A DNA stretch of 64,000 nt from Eledone cirrhosa (lineage: Eukaryota), in contig OZ024740.1 in NCBI GenBank assembly GCA_964016885.1, positions 232,934,001 to 232,998,000 on the forward strand, in the 5' to 3' direction. The position numbers and the translations under genes were made by a program. Below the pieces are notes generated by a model. It had not been told where the DNA came from, ran no database searches, and worked only from the letters and a program-made list of their open reading frames with translations. Positions 25,802 to 39,099 of the stretch are shown here, in pieces (the first letter of the stretch is position 1; each line of letters starts with the position of its first letter).

Positions 25802-26340
25802 CTCATCATCATCATTGCGACTACAGTTGAACATTCCTGACTAAGTCTCTCCAAAATTCACGATTTTCCCCACAAATTTCACATCGGAATGGTTTTTCCC
25901 CTGTGTGTGTTCGTAGATGAGTTTTTAAATTGCCACGTTGTGAGAAAACTTGTGGACAAAACAAACATCCAAATGGTCTCTCTCGAGGATGGGACCTGGT
26001 GTGGTTTTGGAAATTCGAGCAGGTTTTCCTGTACTGTGTCTTCCGTGAGCTGGTTCCCACAATAGTAGCCTGTATATAACATCCTCCTTACTTCTCCAGC
26101 AATGTCGTGTAAATCGTAACCGTCTTTGAGCAATTGTAGTCGTTATCTTGGGCAAGTTTACTTACATTTGTAATTTGTTGACACAAGTTTATAATTTGTC
26201 CAGCCATGAACACTTTAGTGTATGCCCCATCTTGTTTCTTCTCAAGTGCTTGCGCTAGGGTCCATGTACAGCAACCCAGACAGAACCGATGTTCTAACGA
26301 ATGATATTTTGATTTTTCTGGATAGATTTTAAACACAAGA
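25802..26340 (-). mobile_element. RTE LINE 3' fragment with (TGA)n tail, interrupted by a zinc-finger segment
   Basis: [50 protein letters not shown] and [10 protein letters not shown], then tgatgatgatga. Confidence 0.8.
25866..26014 (-). pseudogene. C2H2 zinc-finger coding fragment
   Basis: [45 protein letters not shown]: one full finger with a TGEKPF linker. Confidence 0.85.
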
Positions 26341-26972
26341 ATTATTTCTAAGACACAACACAGATTCTCACAACTGCGTTCAACTGCTACTCCTAGACTG
26401 CTCTAGGCAGTACTGCAAATCGAACAGTTCATTGTCGGTTTCAGTACCGTATACTTTTTTCTATGAAATGAAGTTGCTAGTTCCTTTTCTAAACCTTCTC
26501 CATTCTGGATAACTGGATGCATTGGTTGGTCTCCCAAGACACTTCACATGGCTCAACGTAGCCGCTTCTGAAATAAGAGAGGGGGATAGAGAGATTATTT
26601 AGTAGAAAAATACTACAATACTGCAATAAGACTAACTTTTATCGAAAGGAATATCTCCTCTATCTATAACACTATTTTTAGGGAAGAGATTGTGCCAATG
26701 AATTTTGAAGACTAGCAAGATAGATATGGTTTATGCTTAACTAGAATTAATGTAGAATGATGCCTTAGGAGGAAAAAAAAAACACTTTCACAAAGACGAA
26801 CAAATTAGGATAGGCTAAAGCTACTACATATCCCTCACATCACTCTTAAAAAGTAAGGTCATATTAGTATTAGATAATGTTATTGTAGATAAAAAGGGAT
26901 TATCCCGGCTGGAATGCATTTGATAATAGGTCTACTCGAACAAGGTCAACATATGACTAAACAACAACAATA

Positions 26973-27011
<39 letters not shown>

Positions 27012-27052
27012 CAGCAGCAGCAGCAGCAGCAGCATAGCAGCAGCAGCAGCAA

Positions 27053-27087
<35 letters not shown>

Positions 27088-27783
27088 GTAGTAGTAGTAG
27101 TAGTAGTAGTAGTAGCAACAGCAGCAGTAGTATGGGTGGTGGTGGAGATGTTTTTTTAGTACTGGCAGCACTGGTAATGATGAGAGTTAACTGGACGTTT
27201 AATGTAAAGTGCTTTGATTTTATATTTAACATTTCGTAGTATGCCCCTCCCTTCCCCCCACTCTGCCTACAGCATACTAATACTGCGGGTTTGAGTGTGG
27301 GGAGGGATGAGAATTGGGTAGTGATGGAGGTAGATCGCAGTTGACTGGTAACTGAGGAAACCCTATCCGATTGTCTATGGACAGCCAGACAGAACTGAGT
27401 CAAGTGGCTTTGGTAGGGGTAGGGAATAGTGACCGGAAATCTTTAGACATGTCCACGTTTTGGTTCAGCAGTGTCTGGTAAAAAGCTAATGAGGTGCCAA
27501 CATATGTGTTGGGGGGAGAGAGATAGAAGATGTAGGGTCAAGGTTAAAATAAGGGTGATAGGAGAGGGTTTGGGAAGAAGAATTAGAAGTAAAACAATGA
27601 GGATTGTGTGTGAAGGGACAGAAAAGCAGAAGAAACTGTTGATGTCATAGAGTATGGAAGGAGATACAAAGGAGTAAATGTGTGTGAAAGAGAAAGATTG
27701 TGATAGAAAGAAACTATTCTTTTTCTGGCTTCATTCATTTGATAGTAGACATGCTGGGACATCACTTTTAAATGATTGAGACT

Positions 27784-28011
27784 ATTATACCGACTCCAGT
27801 ACTTATTTATCGAACCCCATTTGACTAACAGCTATCTTGCAGAACATAAACTAACAGTAAACATAAACACAGACGCGAGGACACACACAGTACATGACGA
27901 TTATACCGACTCCAGTACTTATTTATCGAACCCCATTTGACTAACAGCTATCTTGCAGAACATAAACTAACAGTAAACATAAACACAGACGCGAGGACAC
28001 ACACAGTACAT
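27784..28011. repeat. Tandem duplication, about 116-bp period, 2 copies
   Basis: attataccgactccagtac...acacacagtacat occurs at 27784 and 27900. Confidence 0.92.
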
Positions 28012-28029
28012 TTTAATTTTCGATCTATT

Positions 28030-29440
28030 CTTTCAGATGTTGGTGGTTTTGAGGAACATCTCACTTGAATTGAAAAAACTGAAGTGTTATGTTTTATTTA
28101 CACGAATGATTTCAATATCATACAAGGGAAAGTAAGTTGGTTGGCAAAATACAAATGGAGTCCCAGGAGTTAACTGGAGTCCACATCAACTGGGGAAAAA
28201 TTAGGTCTGCTTAAAATTCGGCATCTGGAAGAGCATGTCCTATGATAGAGGGTTCGGTCAATGCGTTTGTTTCGCACCGACAGTCTGCATGCGGTAACTG
28301 AGAAAAAGAGGCAAGTAGAATCATCAGATTATCTCTGAAGTGTTGGGAAGAAGACACTAATGTATACATCCTTCAGTGGTGCACTAAAATATAACAATTG
28401 TCCTTGTTTCCCAGGAAGCATCTGGCTAAACTAGAACGAATGTTCTCATGATTCTTACAGAAGGGGAACGTTCCGCTGGTCAAGAGATCCATCTCCTGTT
28501 ACAGCCACTCCGGGGAAGTCATAGCTTTCCGGATGGAATGCTGTGCAAGTATGCGCTTGGTGACATGATAGCAGATATTTATGGAGTACGACAACATTTA
28601 AGATGTGTAGTCACAGTTTGTATCACATGTCTTTCCGTAACTCGTGTTCTCTTCGACCTCCAAATTTGGGTCAAGCACGGACACCAGTTGTCTGTTTGGC
28701 ATCTAAAATGATGCTAGTTGCTTAATAGCTGTGTTCAGAATTCAATATATAGAATAGATTTTCAGGATATGGATGATGACAGCATGGGGGTGATTCTAGG
28801 TGTTGAGAATATGTTGAGTAGACGCTTTTGGAGAATTTCCAAATCGGAAAATATGGAAGAGTTTCATGAATCTTTGGTTTGGCTTTGCTATAGGGGTGTT
28901 TGTCAGTAAACATTAACAACAGACTCGATAGGTGTCATTAAATTGATAGTGCTTAGATTTATGACGACCAACTGTGCGCGATGGAATCGGGTATGGGTTA
29001 AATCTATCGTGAATATCGGCACACTCTTTAATTAGTAAGAAAAGGTAGGTAGTTTCCCTCTGTCTGGTGGCTATGGCGAAGGAAGGTGTATGTGATGGCC
29101 GCGATTGAAATGATTCAGGACAGCACTACCTTTCAGGTTATTAATACCCCATGAGCTACTTTACTTACGAATTGAAAAAATAATCTGAAGTAGAGAGAGG
29201 GGTGTTGTTTTCCAGTATATTATATGAGAAATTGGTGAAAGTGGCAGAATTGACGTGCGAAAATAGGATTATTTTAACGATGGTGAAACGAAATGCGAGG
29301 AAGCCTTTACTGTGTCAGGGTGATTTGAATTTTTGTATGAGTGTCCCGAATAAACCTATATAGTTTGTATGCCACCATCTCTAGGATTCTTTCTATTTGT
29401 TCCTTTGTTGTGTTATATTGTTTCTGCAATTCATTGTATA
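28030..29440 (+). mobile_element. Ancient Tx1/L1 ORF2 3' remnant
   Basis: About 28400-28510 aligns by eye with 16700-16812 (ccgctggtcaagagatcc vs ccgctggtgaggagatcc). ttggtttggctttgctataggggt resembles ctggcctggcagtgctaccgagga. Confidence 0.6.
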
Positions 29441-29461
29441 TTAATTAATCTGCTTTCATTA

Positions 29462-29848
29462 GGCAGTAACGGAAGAGGGTCGGATGCCATGCTTTGACGC
29501 ATAGAGTTACGGCTCTTGCCATTCTGAGTTCAAATCCCGCCGAGGTTAACTTTGCCTTTCATCCTTACGAGGTCGATAAAATAAAGTACCAGTAATGCAC
29601 TGGATAATTGCTGGCCTTGTGTCAAAAGTGGAAACAATTATTATTGTTTATCGGAGGGTCGGATTGGCAGTATCGGTAGAGGGTTCGACGCCATGCTTTT
29701 CAGCATAGAGTTACGGCCCTTTACGATCTGTGTTCAAATACCGCTGAAGTTAAATTTGCCGTTCATCTTTACGGGGTCGATAAAATAAAGTACCAGTAAT
29801 GCACTGGGATAATTGCTGACCTTGTGCCAAAAGTAGAAACAATTATTA
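29462..29848 (+). mobile_element. Two tandem SINEs
   Basis: Copies 29462-29645 and about 29660-29848, linker gtttatcggagggtc. Confidence 0.9.
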
Positions 29849-30183
29849 TCACGGCCCGTGTGAGTGGGCCTACTCTGACCATGCGCATATAAGCTGGCTA
29901 ATTTGAGGAGGATATGGGTGCTCTCTCTGGGTGCCCTAGAAGTGCTGGGTGGTTCAGGATCGGCCGGGTACCTGAGTCACCTCTGGGTCGTCCATCTCCC
30001 TATTGGGGATTTATTTTGTTATATTTATGCATAGTTTATTTTATATATTATTTATATCTTCATTGTTAAATTAGTCTTCCCATTGCACACATTTACTCGA
30101 GCTTATTGTAAACCCCCACTGTCCCTGTCTTTGTATTGTCCCCTACATGTCGGCCCTTGTGGCCAATAAATGAAATCATTATT
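29849..30183 (+). mobile_element. Tx1/L1 3' UTR fragment with (ATT)n tail
   Basis: tccctattggggattt and tgtcttgtattgtcccc...gcccttgtggccaataaa match the 3' UTR at 17778-17908. Confidence 0.75.
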
Positions 30184-30184
30184 T

Positions 30185-30372
30185 GGATTGGCAGTATCGG
30201 TAGAGGGTCGGACGTCATGCTTTGACGAATAAAGTTACGGCTCTTTCCATTCTGAGTTCAAATCCCGCCGAGGTTAACTTTGCCTTTCATCCTTACGGGG
30301 TCGATAAAATAAAGTACCAGTAATGCATTGACTAATTGCTGGCCTTGTGCTAAAAGTAGAAAGAATTATTAT
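30185..30372 (+). mobile_element. SINE copy
   Basis: Matches the consensus. Confidence 0.9.
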
Positions 30373-30867
30373 TATCATTATTTCTGCTACCACTATTGTT
30401 GTTGTTGGGATTTGGTCCATAGATTGGAGGGTCAGTTTGGTGCGGTGTTATGTTGTCAGCACCCCTTTTGACTCCCCCTCCACCATAGACTGTAGATTTT
30501 CGGGGTTTTTCTTCATAGGAGACAGTTATGTTTGACAGTAACGTTAAGCAAAACTTCCAGAGAGTTCGGTACAAAAGGAGTTGGCAGTTCGGTTGGAAAC
30601 GATTTGTGTCAGCTATATTAAATTAGGCTCTGGAACGGAGAAAGTTGCGAATAACATTGAATGAGACAGACATACAACACACACATACGCACACAAACGT
30701 ACGCACAAGCACACACGCACATGTACCTTAACAAACATATTTGTGTGTGTGTAAAATGTATATAGTAATTTATTTGTGTGTATTGGTAAATGGAAATACA
30801 CACACACATATATAAGCACATATATATATACACACACACGCACAAATACACGTGTGTGTGTGTGTGT

Positions 30868-30927
<60 letters not shown>

Positions 30928-31050
30928 CCACATTCCGACACACAAATAAATTACGTTTCTTACGTTTTATACATGTGTATTTATTGCTTAAACTATTAAC
31001 AGATAGGAACGATTGCATATACATACATATATTTGTGTGTGTCCATATAG

Positions 31051-31083
<33 letters not shown>

Positions 31084-31122
31084 TACATATATATGTATAT
31101 AAATAAATAAATAAATAAATAA

Positions 31123-31193
<71 letters not shown>

Positions 31194-32065
31194 CATATAT
31201 ATATATATAAGCTATTTGATCAAAGTTAAGAGTGCACATAAACATACGTAAGGCAAGAGCCAACACACAAGCACACTGACATAGGTTTTTATATATATAT
31301 ATATGGGTGTTAACCTAAAATAATTGTTATGGTGTTAAAGTACAACACAGTTGATTCTATAAAAAGAGACAACCACTAACAGATCCTACTATATAACTTT
31401 CAACCTCGACTATGACAACATCAACAGCAAAAATTAATAAACAAAATATACATTAATAATATAAACATTGCTCTAATAAATTTCAGCTTGTTGCTAGAAC
31501 TGCTAAAAATGGCAGCCAAATCTCCCTCAAATCAAATGTAAAAAGGCCTTGAATGTGGAACAAAATTGCTTATGTGTCTCCTATCCGCATTCAAGTGGTC
31601 TGTCTGAAATGTTTTTCTATTTTTTTTTTTTTTGTGTGTAATGAAGATATTAGATATTCACATACTCCTCTTTAATTCATGGGACCTAGACAAATGTATT
31701 GATTGTACCCTCCTCTTATGAGCCCTTATCCTAAATATATCTAACCCGACAGGATGATTCCGGTGGAAATGTATTTAATGTTATGTTGATTTCGATTGAT
31801 TCCAACAGGGAAAATAAACAGATGATTAGCCTCAGCAACAGTAATAATAAGAAAAATTCAGCAAAGGTGAAAAGAGGCATTAAATAAAAATCAATAAGAA
31901 CCAACAAGGCCTCATTATTTATCTATAATTACTATTATTTGAAACGTGTGTTTGAAAAAAGAAAACTTAGAATGCCCATAATTGAAATGACTTACATCAC
32001 AAACTCTGCTCACAAGAATGCCACCCGCAAAAAGTATAATAAATATTTCCACAACGCCACCACCA

Positions 32066-32445
32066 ATAATTGTTTCTACAATTGGCACAAGGCTAGCAAT
32101 TATCTCAGTGCATTACTGGTGCTTTATTATATCGACCCCTTAATGATGAAATGCAAAGTTAACCTCGGCGGGCTTTGAACCCAGACCGTAAAGGGCCATA
32201 ACTCTATGATGCAAAGCATTGCGTCCGGACCTTTACTGATACTGCCAATCCACCAATAATTGTTTCTACTTTTGGCACAAGGCCAGCAAAAACCCAGTGT
32301 ATTACTGGTACTTTATTTTATCGACCCCGTAAGGATGAAAGGCAAAGTCAACCTCGGCGGGATTTGAACTCAGAATGGCAAGGGCCGTAACTCTATGCGT
32401 CAAAGCATGGCGTCCGACCCTCTACCGATACTGCCAATCCACCCA
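32066..32445 (-). mobile_element. Two tandem SINEs
   Basis: Reverse-complement consensus at 32066-32252 and 32255-32445. Confidence 0.9.
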
Positions 32446-32708
32446 CCAATAATAATAACGAATCACTGTTGGAGTCTCTTCATGGTCAGCAATAACAGCC
32501 AAACATCTCTTAAAATACACCCCAAATTCTTGCAAAATGACGGACACATCTAGATACACTAAGACCGATAAAATGACAAGTTGTTAAAATCTACTCGATT
32601 AAACCTCACATGAGCTACAACAACAACAACAACCACGACAACAACAGAAGTAACAAAAACAAAATTAACCTTAGTATTAGCACAAGTTCACAAATTTTAA
32701 ATTACTAT

Positions 32709-32926
32709 GGCGGTGGATTGGCAGTATCGGTAGAGAGTCGGACACCATGCTTTGCAGCATAGAGTTACGGCCCTTTACGGTCTGATTTCAAATCCCGCCG
32801 AAGTTAACTTTGCCTGTCATCCTTACGGGGTCGATAAAATAAAGCACCTGTAATGTACTGAGGTCGATTTAATCGACTTTCCCCTCCCCCAAATTACTGG
32901 CCTTGTGCCTACACTAGAAATTATTA
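32709..32926 (+). mobile_element. SINE copy (long variant with gtcgatttaatcgac hairpin)
   Basis: Consensus plus the insert gtcgatttaatcgactttcccctccccc. Confidence 0.9.
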
Positions 32927-33207
32927 TGATGTGGAACACTCGAATAAACTGTTACTAAAATCCCACTATGTTACTTTTAAGCAGGACTGTGGCAACGAGA
33001 GCAGCAAAAATTGAATAAATAAAATGTACATTAAAAATACGAAAGTAACCCCAGTAAATTCCAGCTGTTACTTGAACTATTGTAAATTTATAAATGGTAG
33101 CCAAATCGTCACTGGTATGTTTTAACAATTCCTGGAGTATAAATGACAAGAAGGGCCATTGCATTATTTAAATCTGCCTGCAAAGAGCCGCAAGCGCTCT
33201 AGTATTG

Positions 33208-33382
33208 ATTTCTACTTTTGGCACAAGGCCAGCAATAACTCAGTGCATTACTGGTACTTTATTTTATCGACCCCGAAAGGCAAAGTTAACCTCGGCGGGA
33301 TTTGAACTTAGACCCTAAAGGGCCGTAAATCTATGCTGCTAAGTATGGCGTGCGACCCTCTTCCGATACTGCCAATCCACCT
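33208..33382 (-). mobile_element. SINE copy
   Basis: Reverse-complement consensus. Confidence 0.88.
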
Positions 33383-33809
33383 AAATATTTAGTCATAATA
33401 GTACTTCTTTCTTTTTTCCTCCCAAATATAACAGATGAAAGGACATTACAAGAAAGAATTACAAATTGAGTATGATAAAGAAAAAAACAAAAAAAATACA
33501 AATACAAAAATGTATGTAAAAAGAAAGTTTGATGGACCTTCTTCGGATTTCGACGATGAATGTTCCAGCTCATGAAATTACCATTCAAGTGGCTGAGTAA
33601 TCAACATATACACTTACCCATAATGCAGTTTTCAGGTAGATTCAGGAGAAGTTGTTTGGTAAGCTGGGGCTCTTTGAAATATATGTTCAGTCCATTCGAC
33701 ATGCTTATAAATGGTTTCCGTCTACTCAAGATCAATCTCAAGACTTGATTCTATCCTAAGCTACTGTAACACCTTTACTCAAGAGACCATGGAGTATTAT
33801 TGAATCTGA

Positions 33810-34010
33810 GGGCGGTGGATTGGCAGTATCGGTAGAGGGCCGGACGCCATGCTTTCCAGCAATATTTACGTCCCTTTATGATCTGAGTTCAAATCCCGCC
33901 AAGGTTAACTTTGCCTTTCATCCTTACGGGGTCGATAAAATGTTAAAATAAAGTACCAGTAATGCACTGGGGAAATTTCTGGCATTGTGCCTAAAGTAGA
34001 AACAATTATT
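33810..34010 (+). mobile_element. SINE copy
   Basis: Matches the consensus. Confidence 0.9.
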
Positions 34011-35595
34011 GAATCTGAAACATCATGATTGCAAAAGGTATGAAATTAAACATTTTAACATGGGGTCAGCCATTAAGGCCACAATTTGGAGATCGTCAAC
34101 GCCAATACATAGCCAGTTAATTTTTCATTGAACCCTGAAATGCTGAAAGACAAAGCTGTAGATCCAACACTCTACAGATTATACCAGTAGTAATAATAAT
34201 AATCATCTTACCTAACATAGGCACATTGCCACATCTTATTTGAAGGGTAAATTGAAACGATTATATCAAACCCTGTACATGATTGAAACTTTCTTTTATT
34301 CACATCAGAAAGATGGAAGTCAAATTTGGCTTTGGTGGGATTTGACCTCAACATAAAGCAAATATATGTTGTAAATCATTTTTATATCGTTACATTTAGC
34401 GTCATTTTCAATAGTAAAAACTAATCCAAACAAGAAACAAATAACGAAAACAAGAAATCACAACTACCACCACCAACAACAACTATAATAACAACAATAA
34501 CAACAAAAGCAGCAGCAACAATAATAACACGAATAACAACAAGGAAGCAAGTAGCCATAACACTAAGAAGAACAAGTAAACCCTAATATAAACACCCTCA
34601 TAGTCATCACAAAAACAACATCCATCACCGCCTTCTCCACAACTACCAACAATAATCATAACCTTCATCCCACCACTACAACAACCATTGCCGCCATCAT
34701 CACCGCAACATCATAACCCCTAACAACAAAATCACAGACAAATCTCCACTGCTGAGACGGGGTCGTTACATAAAGGTGAAATAAATTTAGTTAGAATCAT
34801 AATGATGTGTTGACAGTTGCAGGCTCCAAAGACCATCAGAATTGAGAAATATGGGGTTAGGTAGATTGGGGATTAAATATAGCGGCTAGGAAGGTAGTTT
34901 GGGGGTACAGGTTTAGGTGAAGAAGCGTAAGTTTAAAGAGTCAGAGGTGAGGTAAAGCTTGGGAACTGACTGGTTGATATACTGACGGTGATTATGATGA
35001 TTGTAGTAAGGTTGATATTGATGACAGAGATGGTAGTGTTGGTGACAGTGAGGGTGGTGTTGGTGATGACGGTGGTATTGATGATAATGATGATTATTAT
35101 AAATGGGGAAATGTTGGCCGGGAGAGTGGAGTCAATGCTAGTTGTGGTGGTGGTGGTGGGTATGGTGTCGGTAAAAGGGATGGTGATAGCGACAATGGTG
35201 TTGGTGATGATGGTGGTGATGGTGATGATGTTGATGCTCGTTGTGAAAAGAGGTAGTTGGGATAGCGTTGACAGCGACGATGGAAAATGTGGTGGTGGTA
35301 ATGGTGGTAGATGTGAAAGCTGGTTAAAGCGGCAGGTGGTGTTGATGTTCAGCCCCAGATCAATTTGCACAGAAAGAGCAGACCTATGATCAAAGGCATT
35401 CCCATCATTGACCATCCCGCCTTTTGATTTATAGGTAGCGTCACAGAATGCCGTTACACAAAGAGTCCATTTCTAAGATAACGTTGTTTCTGAAGGTGAA
35501 TGGCAATCTTAATTGTGGGGGATTCCTGGTGATTGTTTGGTGTTGTTGTTACTGATGATGGTAGTAGCTGGGCTACTGATAGTAATGAAGGGTGT

Positions 35596-35882
35596 AATAA
35601 TTGTTTCTACGTTAGGCACAAGGCCAGCAAATTACCCAGTGTATTACTGGTACTTTATTTTATCGACCCCGTAAGGATGAAAGGCAAAGTTAACCTCGGC
35701 GGGATTTGAACTCAGAATGGCAAAGGCCGTAACTCTATAAGTCAAAGCATGGCGTCCGACCCTCTACCAACACTGCCAATCCAGTAATAATCATTTCCAC
35801 TATAGGCACATTGTCAGCAATTTGGGGGGAGGGGAAAGTCGATTAAATCAACTCCAATGCATTACGGGTACTTTATTTTATA
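35596..35882 (-). mobile_element. SINE copy plus adjacent 3' fragment
   Basis: Reverse-complement consensus at 35596-35782 and 35785-35882. Confidence 0.88.
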
Positions 35883-36377
35883 GCTTCCAGAGTATTTCTT
35901 CATGCATATCAACTACTTTGGGGTTTTTTTCGAATCGTTTTCTTTCTAACAAAGTCATATCATTTGATCGATAGATTTCTGTAATATCTCATATATAAAT
36001 ATTTTAACGGACAGTTGTATTGCTATGTTACGACTATCATCTACACAACGAAGCACACGTTATAAGCGATATATACAGTTTCATGTTCGCATGAATCGCC
36101 AATCTATTTCATTTGAAAGCATTTGAAAGCATTCTCATTGCTAGATTTGTTATCTCGAATCAAACCACTTTCAACTTTCAATAAATCGTTCCAAGATATA
36201 TAAACATGTGTAGACATTTAATGATATATTTCTTCGATCAGCTCCCTAATTTTGATATTAATCATGCTTATCTTCAAGTCCACAGTTTTGTTTATTAAAT
36301 GAATGGAGAACAGAAACAAATGGCGACAACTGACTGGCAAAGTGTCTAGCGTAGCACGCACGCATGCACGCACACAC

Positions 36378-36561
36378 GCACTCACTCACTCACTCACTCA
36401 CTCACTCACTCACTCACTCACTCACTCACTCACTCACTCACTCTCTCTCTCTCTCTCTCACTCACTCACTCACTCACTCACTCACTCACTCACTCACTCA
36501 CTCACTCACTCACTCACTCACTCACTCACTCACTCACTCACTCACTCACTCACTCACTCAC

Positions 36562-36600
<39 letters not shown>
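36378..36600. repeat. (CTCA)n/(CT)n microsatellite
   Basis: Seen directly. Confidence 0.95.
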
Positions 36601-36603
<3 letters not shown>

Positions 36604-36685
36604 TATATATATGTGTGTGTACATATATATTCCTATCTCTCTTTCCCTGTATGTATATATATAATATATATAGATAATATATATA

Positions 36686-36998
36686 TAAGTGTAACACGGA
36701 GTTAGTATCACAGAGGGGTCCGACGAGCTTTTGATCCCAGAGTCGGGCTAGATCAATACAGATCGAACCATGAGCTGATCAGTAGCAAAACGCGCGTCCC
36801 CAACCAATAAACGTAATGAACGTATATATATATTTATATCTAATACAAGGACGAATGGTTACTCCTTCATTACGTTTATTGGTTGGGGACGCGCAGTTTT
36901 ACTACTGATCAGCTCAAGTTCGATCTGTATCGATCTAGCCCAACTCTGGAATCAAAAGCTCGTCGGACCCCTCTGTGATACTAACTCCGCGTTACACT
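36686..36998. mobile_element. Inverted-repeat element family F with an HHR-like motif
   Basis: Arms about 36686-36820 and 36865-36998. Motif gggg-t-CCGACGA-gct...agc-AAAA-cgcgcg-TC-ccc. Confidence 0.65.
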
Positions 36999-37026
36999 CC
37001 CTGTATATATATATATATATATATAC

Positions 37027-37075
<49 letters not shown>

Positions 37076-37588
37076 CGTGTGTGTATTTGTAGAATGAGAG
37101 CAAATGTTTCGATAACGGAAAACCTCTCGTGATGTTCAAGCCCTCTCATAAGAAAAAAATTGATATTTATGTTCAGAGAAAATATTTATCTGCCAAGCCC
37201 ATTCCCGATTACAGATGGGGGAAATTAATGGTGGACACCCTTTCCTACATATCATTACGAGTAGTAAATGAGCCAGGAGATAATCCGTCAGATAAGATGA
37301 GTAAAAAATCCCCTCTGACATCATATATTTGTATACTAGTTGGTAATTTTTGTTGACATACGTTCTTATTTGTGAGGGCACGTGGCTTAGAACTTAGATT
37401 ATTTTGGCTCACCATCACATCATCAGTTTCAGTTCTATTCTCGGCGGGCATTGTTCCCTTGTACATGGCATTTCATATCATGTTGCTCAATATACCTGTA
37501 ATTTATCAATATACCTGTATAGATGTATCTATGCCATGCAGTCTGTTTTTCTACGAGTATATGTCATGTTTATATAAATTTGAGTGTG

Positions 37589-37656
<68 letters not shown>

Positions 37657-37693
37657 CGTATATACATTCATATATACAGATACATACATACAC

Positions 37694-37725
<32 letters not shown>

Positions 37726-38403
37726 AAGTATGTATACGTACATACATACAAACGTACAGTAGTATGTATATACATACATGCACATATATATGTACGTATG
37801 AGTTTACCGAACATTTATTATAATGCTCGGTTTGTTTGTAAACAAACAGCCCGAATTAATAGCCGTACAGTGTTCGGTAACCATCGTTGCCATTTTGTTC
37901 AACACTGACAAAGGAACGTTGAACTAGTTTCTAACTTATTAGCTGTCATCAGCACAATAGACCTTCCTGTCAGTCGATTGAACGTTTGAAAGTATACACT
38001 TTCCTTATGTATATTAACGGCTGAGCAGCCTAATTTGCATATCGAGTGAGTTAGTCGACCGGGCGTACTGAAAACGATAAATGGAAGAAATGAAACTTCA
38101 TTTCTCACTCTTAGTACGGCTGATACCTAAATGTAAGTATGTATACGTACATACATATATGTATACAGACGTACAGTACTATGTATATACATACATGCAC
38201 ACATATATATATATGTACGACATACATGTTGCAACTCTCTCTATATATCACACACACACACACACACACAAATGCATCTAAAGAGAGAAAGGGAGATGTA
38301 CAGAGAGAGGTACAAGATAATCAGATAGAGACAGAGAGAGAGAATGGCGACGAACGCTGGTTCACACACATACACACACACAAACAAACACATATACATA
38401 TAT

Positions 38404-38477
<74 letters not shown>

Positions 38478-38586
38478 CGTTCTTTATTGTTCTCCATTCT
38501 GTAGAAGAAGAGAGAGAGAGGGGGTATGAGTGAGAGAGAGAGAGAAGGTATGAGAAAAAAGGGAGAGGGGTTTGAGAAAGAAAGAA

Positions 38587-38637
38587 AGTTTAAGCAAAGA
38601 ATCGCTGCTTTCAACATTAACGGGATCTTCTGAAACT
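38587..38637 (-). ncRNA. Variant hammerhead (family E, core CAGAAGA)
   Basis: Reverse complement: agttt-CAGAAGA-tccc[gttaa]tgtt-GAAA-gcag[cgattct]ttgc-TT-aaact. Stem II pairs better (ccc/ggg) in the 63.7 kb copy. Confidence 0.5.
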
Positions 38638-38931
38638 AATAAATTCAATCTGTGAACCCAGAATTAAATATTTCGAGAAACATTGCAACCGAAGGAAAAC
38701 AGGAAGACGATATTTTGGTTCGTGAAGACGTTCCCTGGTAATGAACGGAGAAAAAGCGACGATAATACGTCGTTATCTGGAGCGCGAAGAACAATTTCAT
38801 GCAAAGACGAGACTAAGTTTATGGTATAAAGAAGACTAATATTCTATTTAAAATAACCGAATGATTTCCAGCCCGGAGTTTAAGAATGATGTAAATAAAA
38901 TTGTAAACGAAAATGACAGAGGTTATTAAAA

Positions 38932-39043
38932 TAGTTGTTTCTACTTTTGGCACAAGGCCAGCAATTGCCAAGTACATTACTGGTACTTTATTTTATCAAC
39001 CCCGTAAGGATGAAAGGCAAAGTTAACCTTGACGGATTTTAAC
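38932..39043 (-). mobile_element. SINE 3' fragment
   Basis: Reverse-complement consensus. Confidence 0.8.
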
Positions 39044-39099
39044 TTTACCTTAAAATAGTAAAAGTAAATAGTGAAGATTTAGGCCAGAATATACGTATG

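Noticed and set aside
27200-27770. Possible ancient Penelope remnant (also about 35330-35520)
   Set aside because: Only vague purine bias and weak motif hints, so not supportable without tBLASTn.
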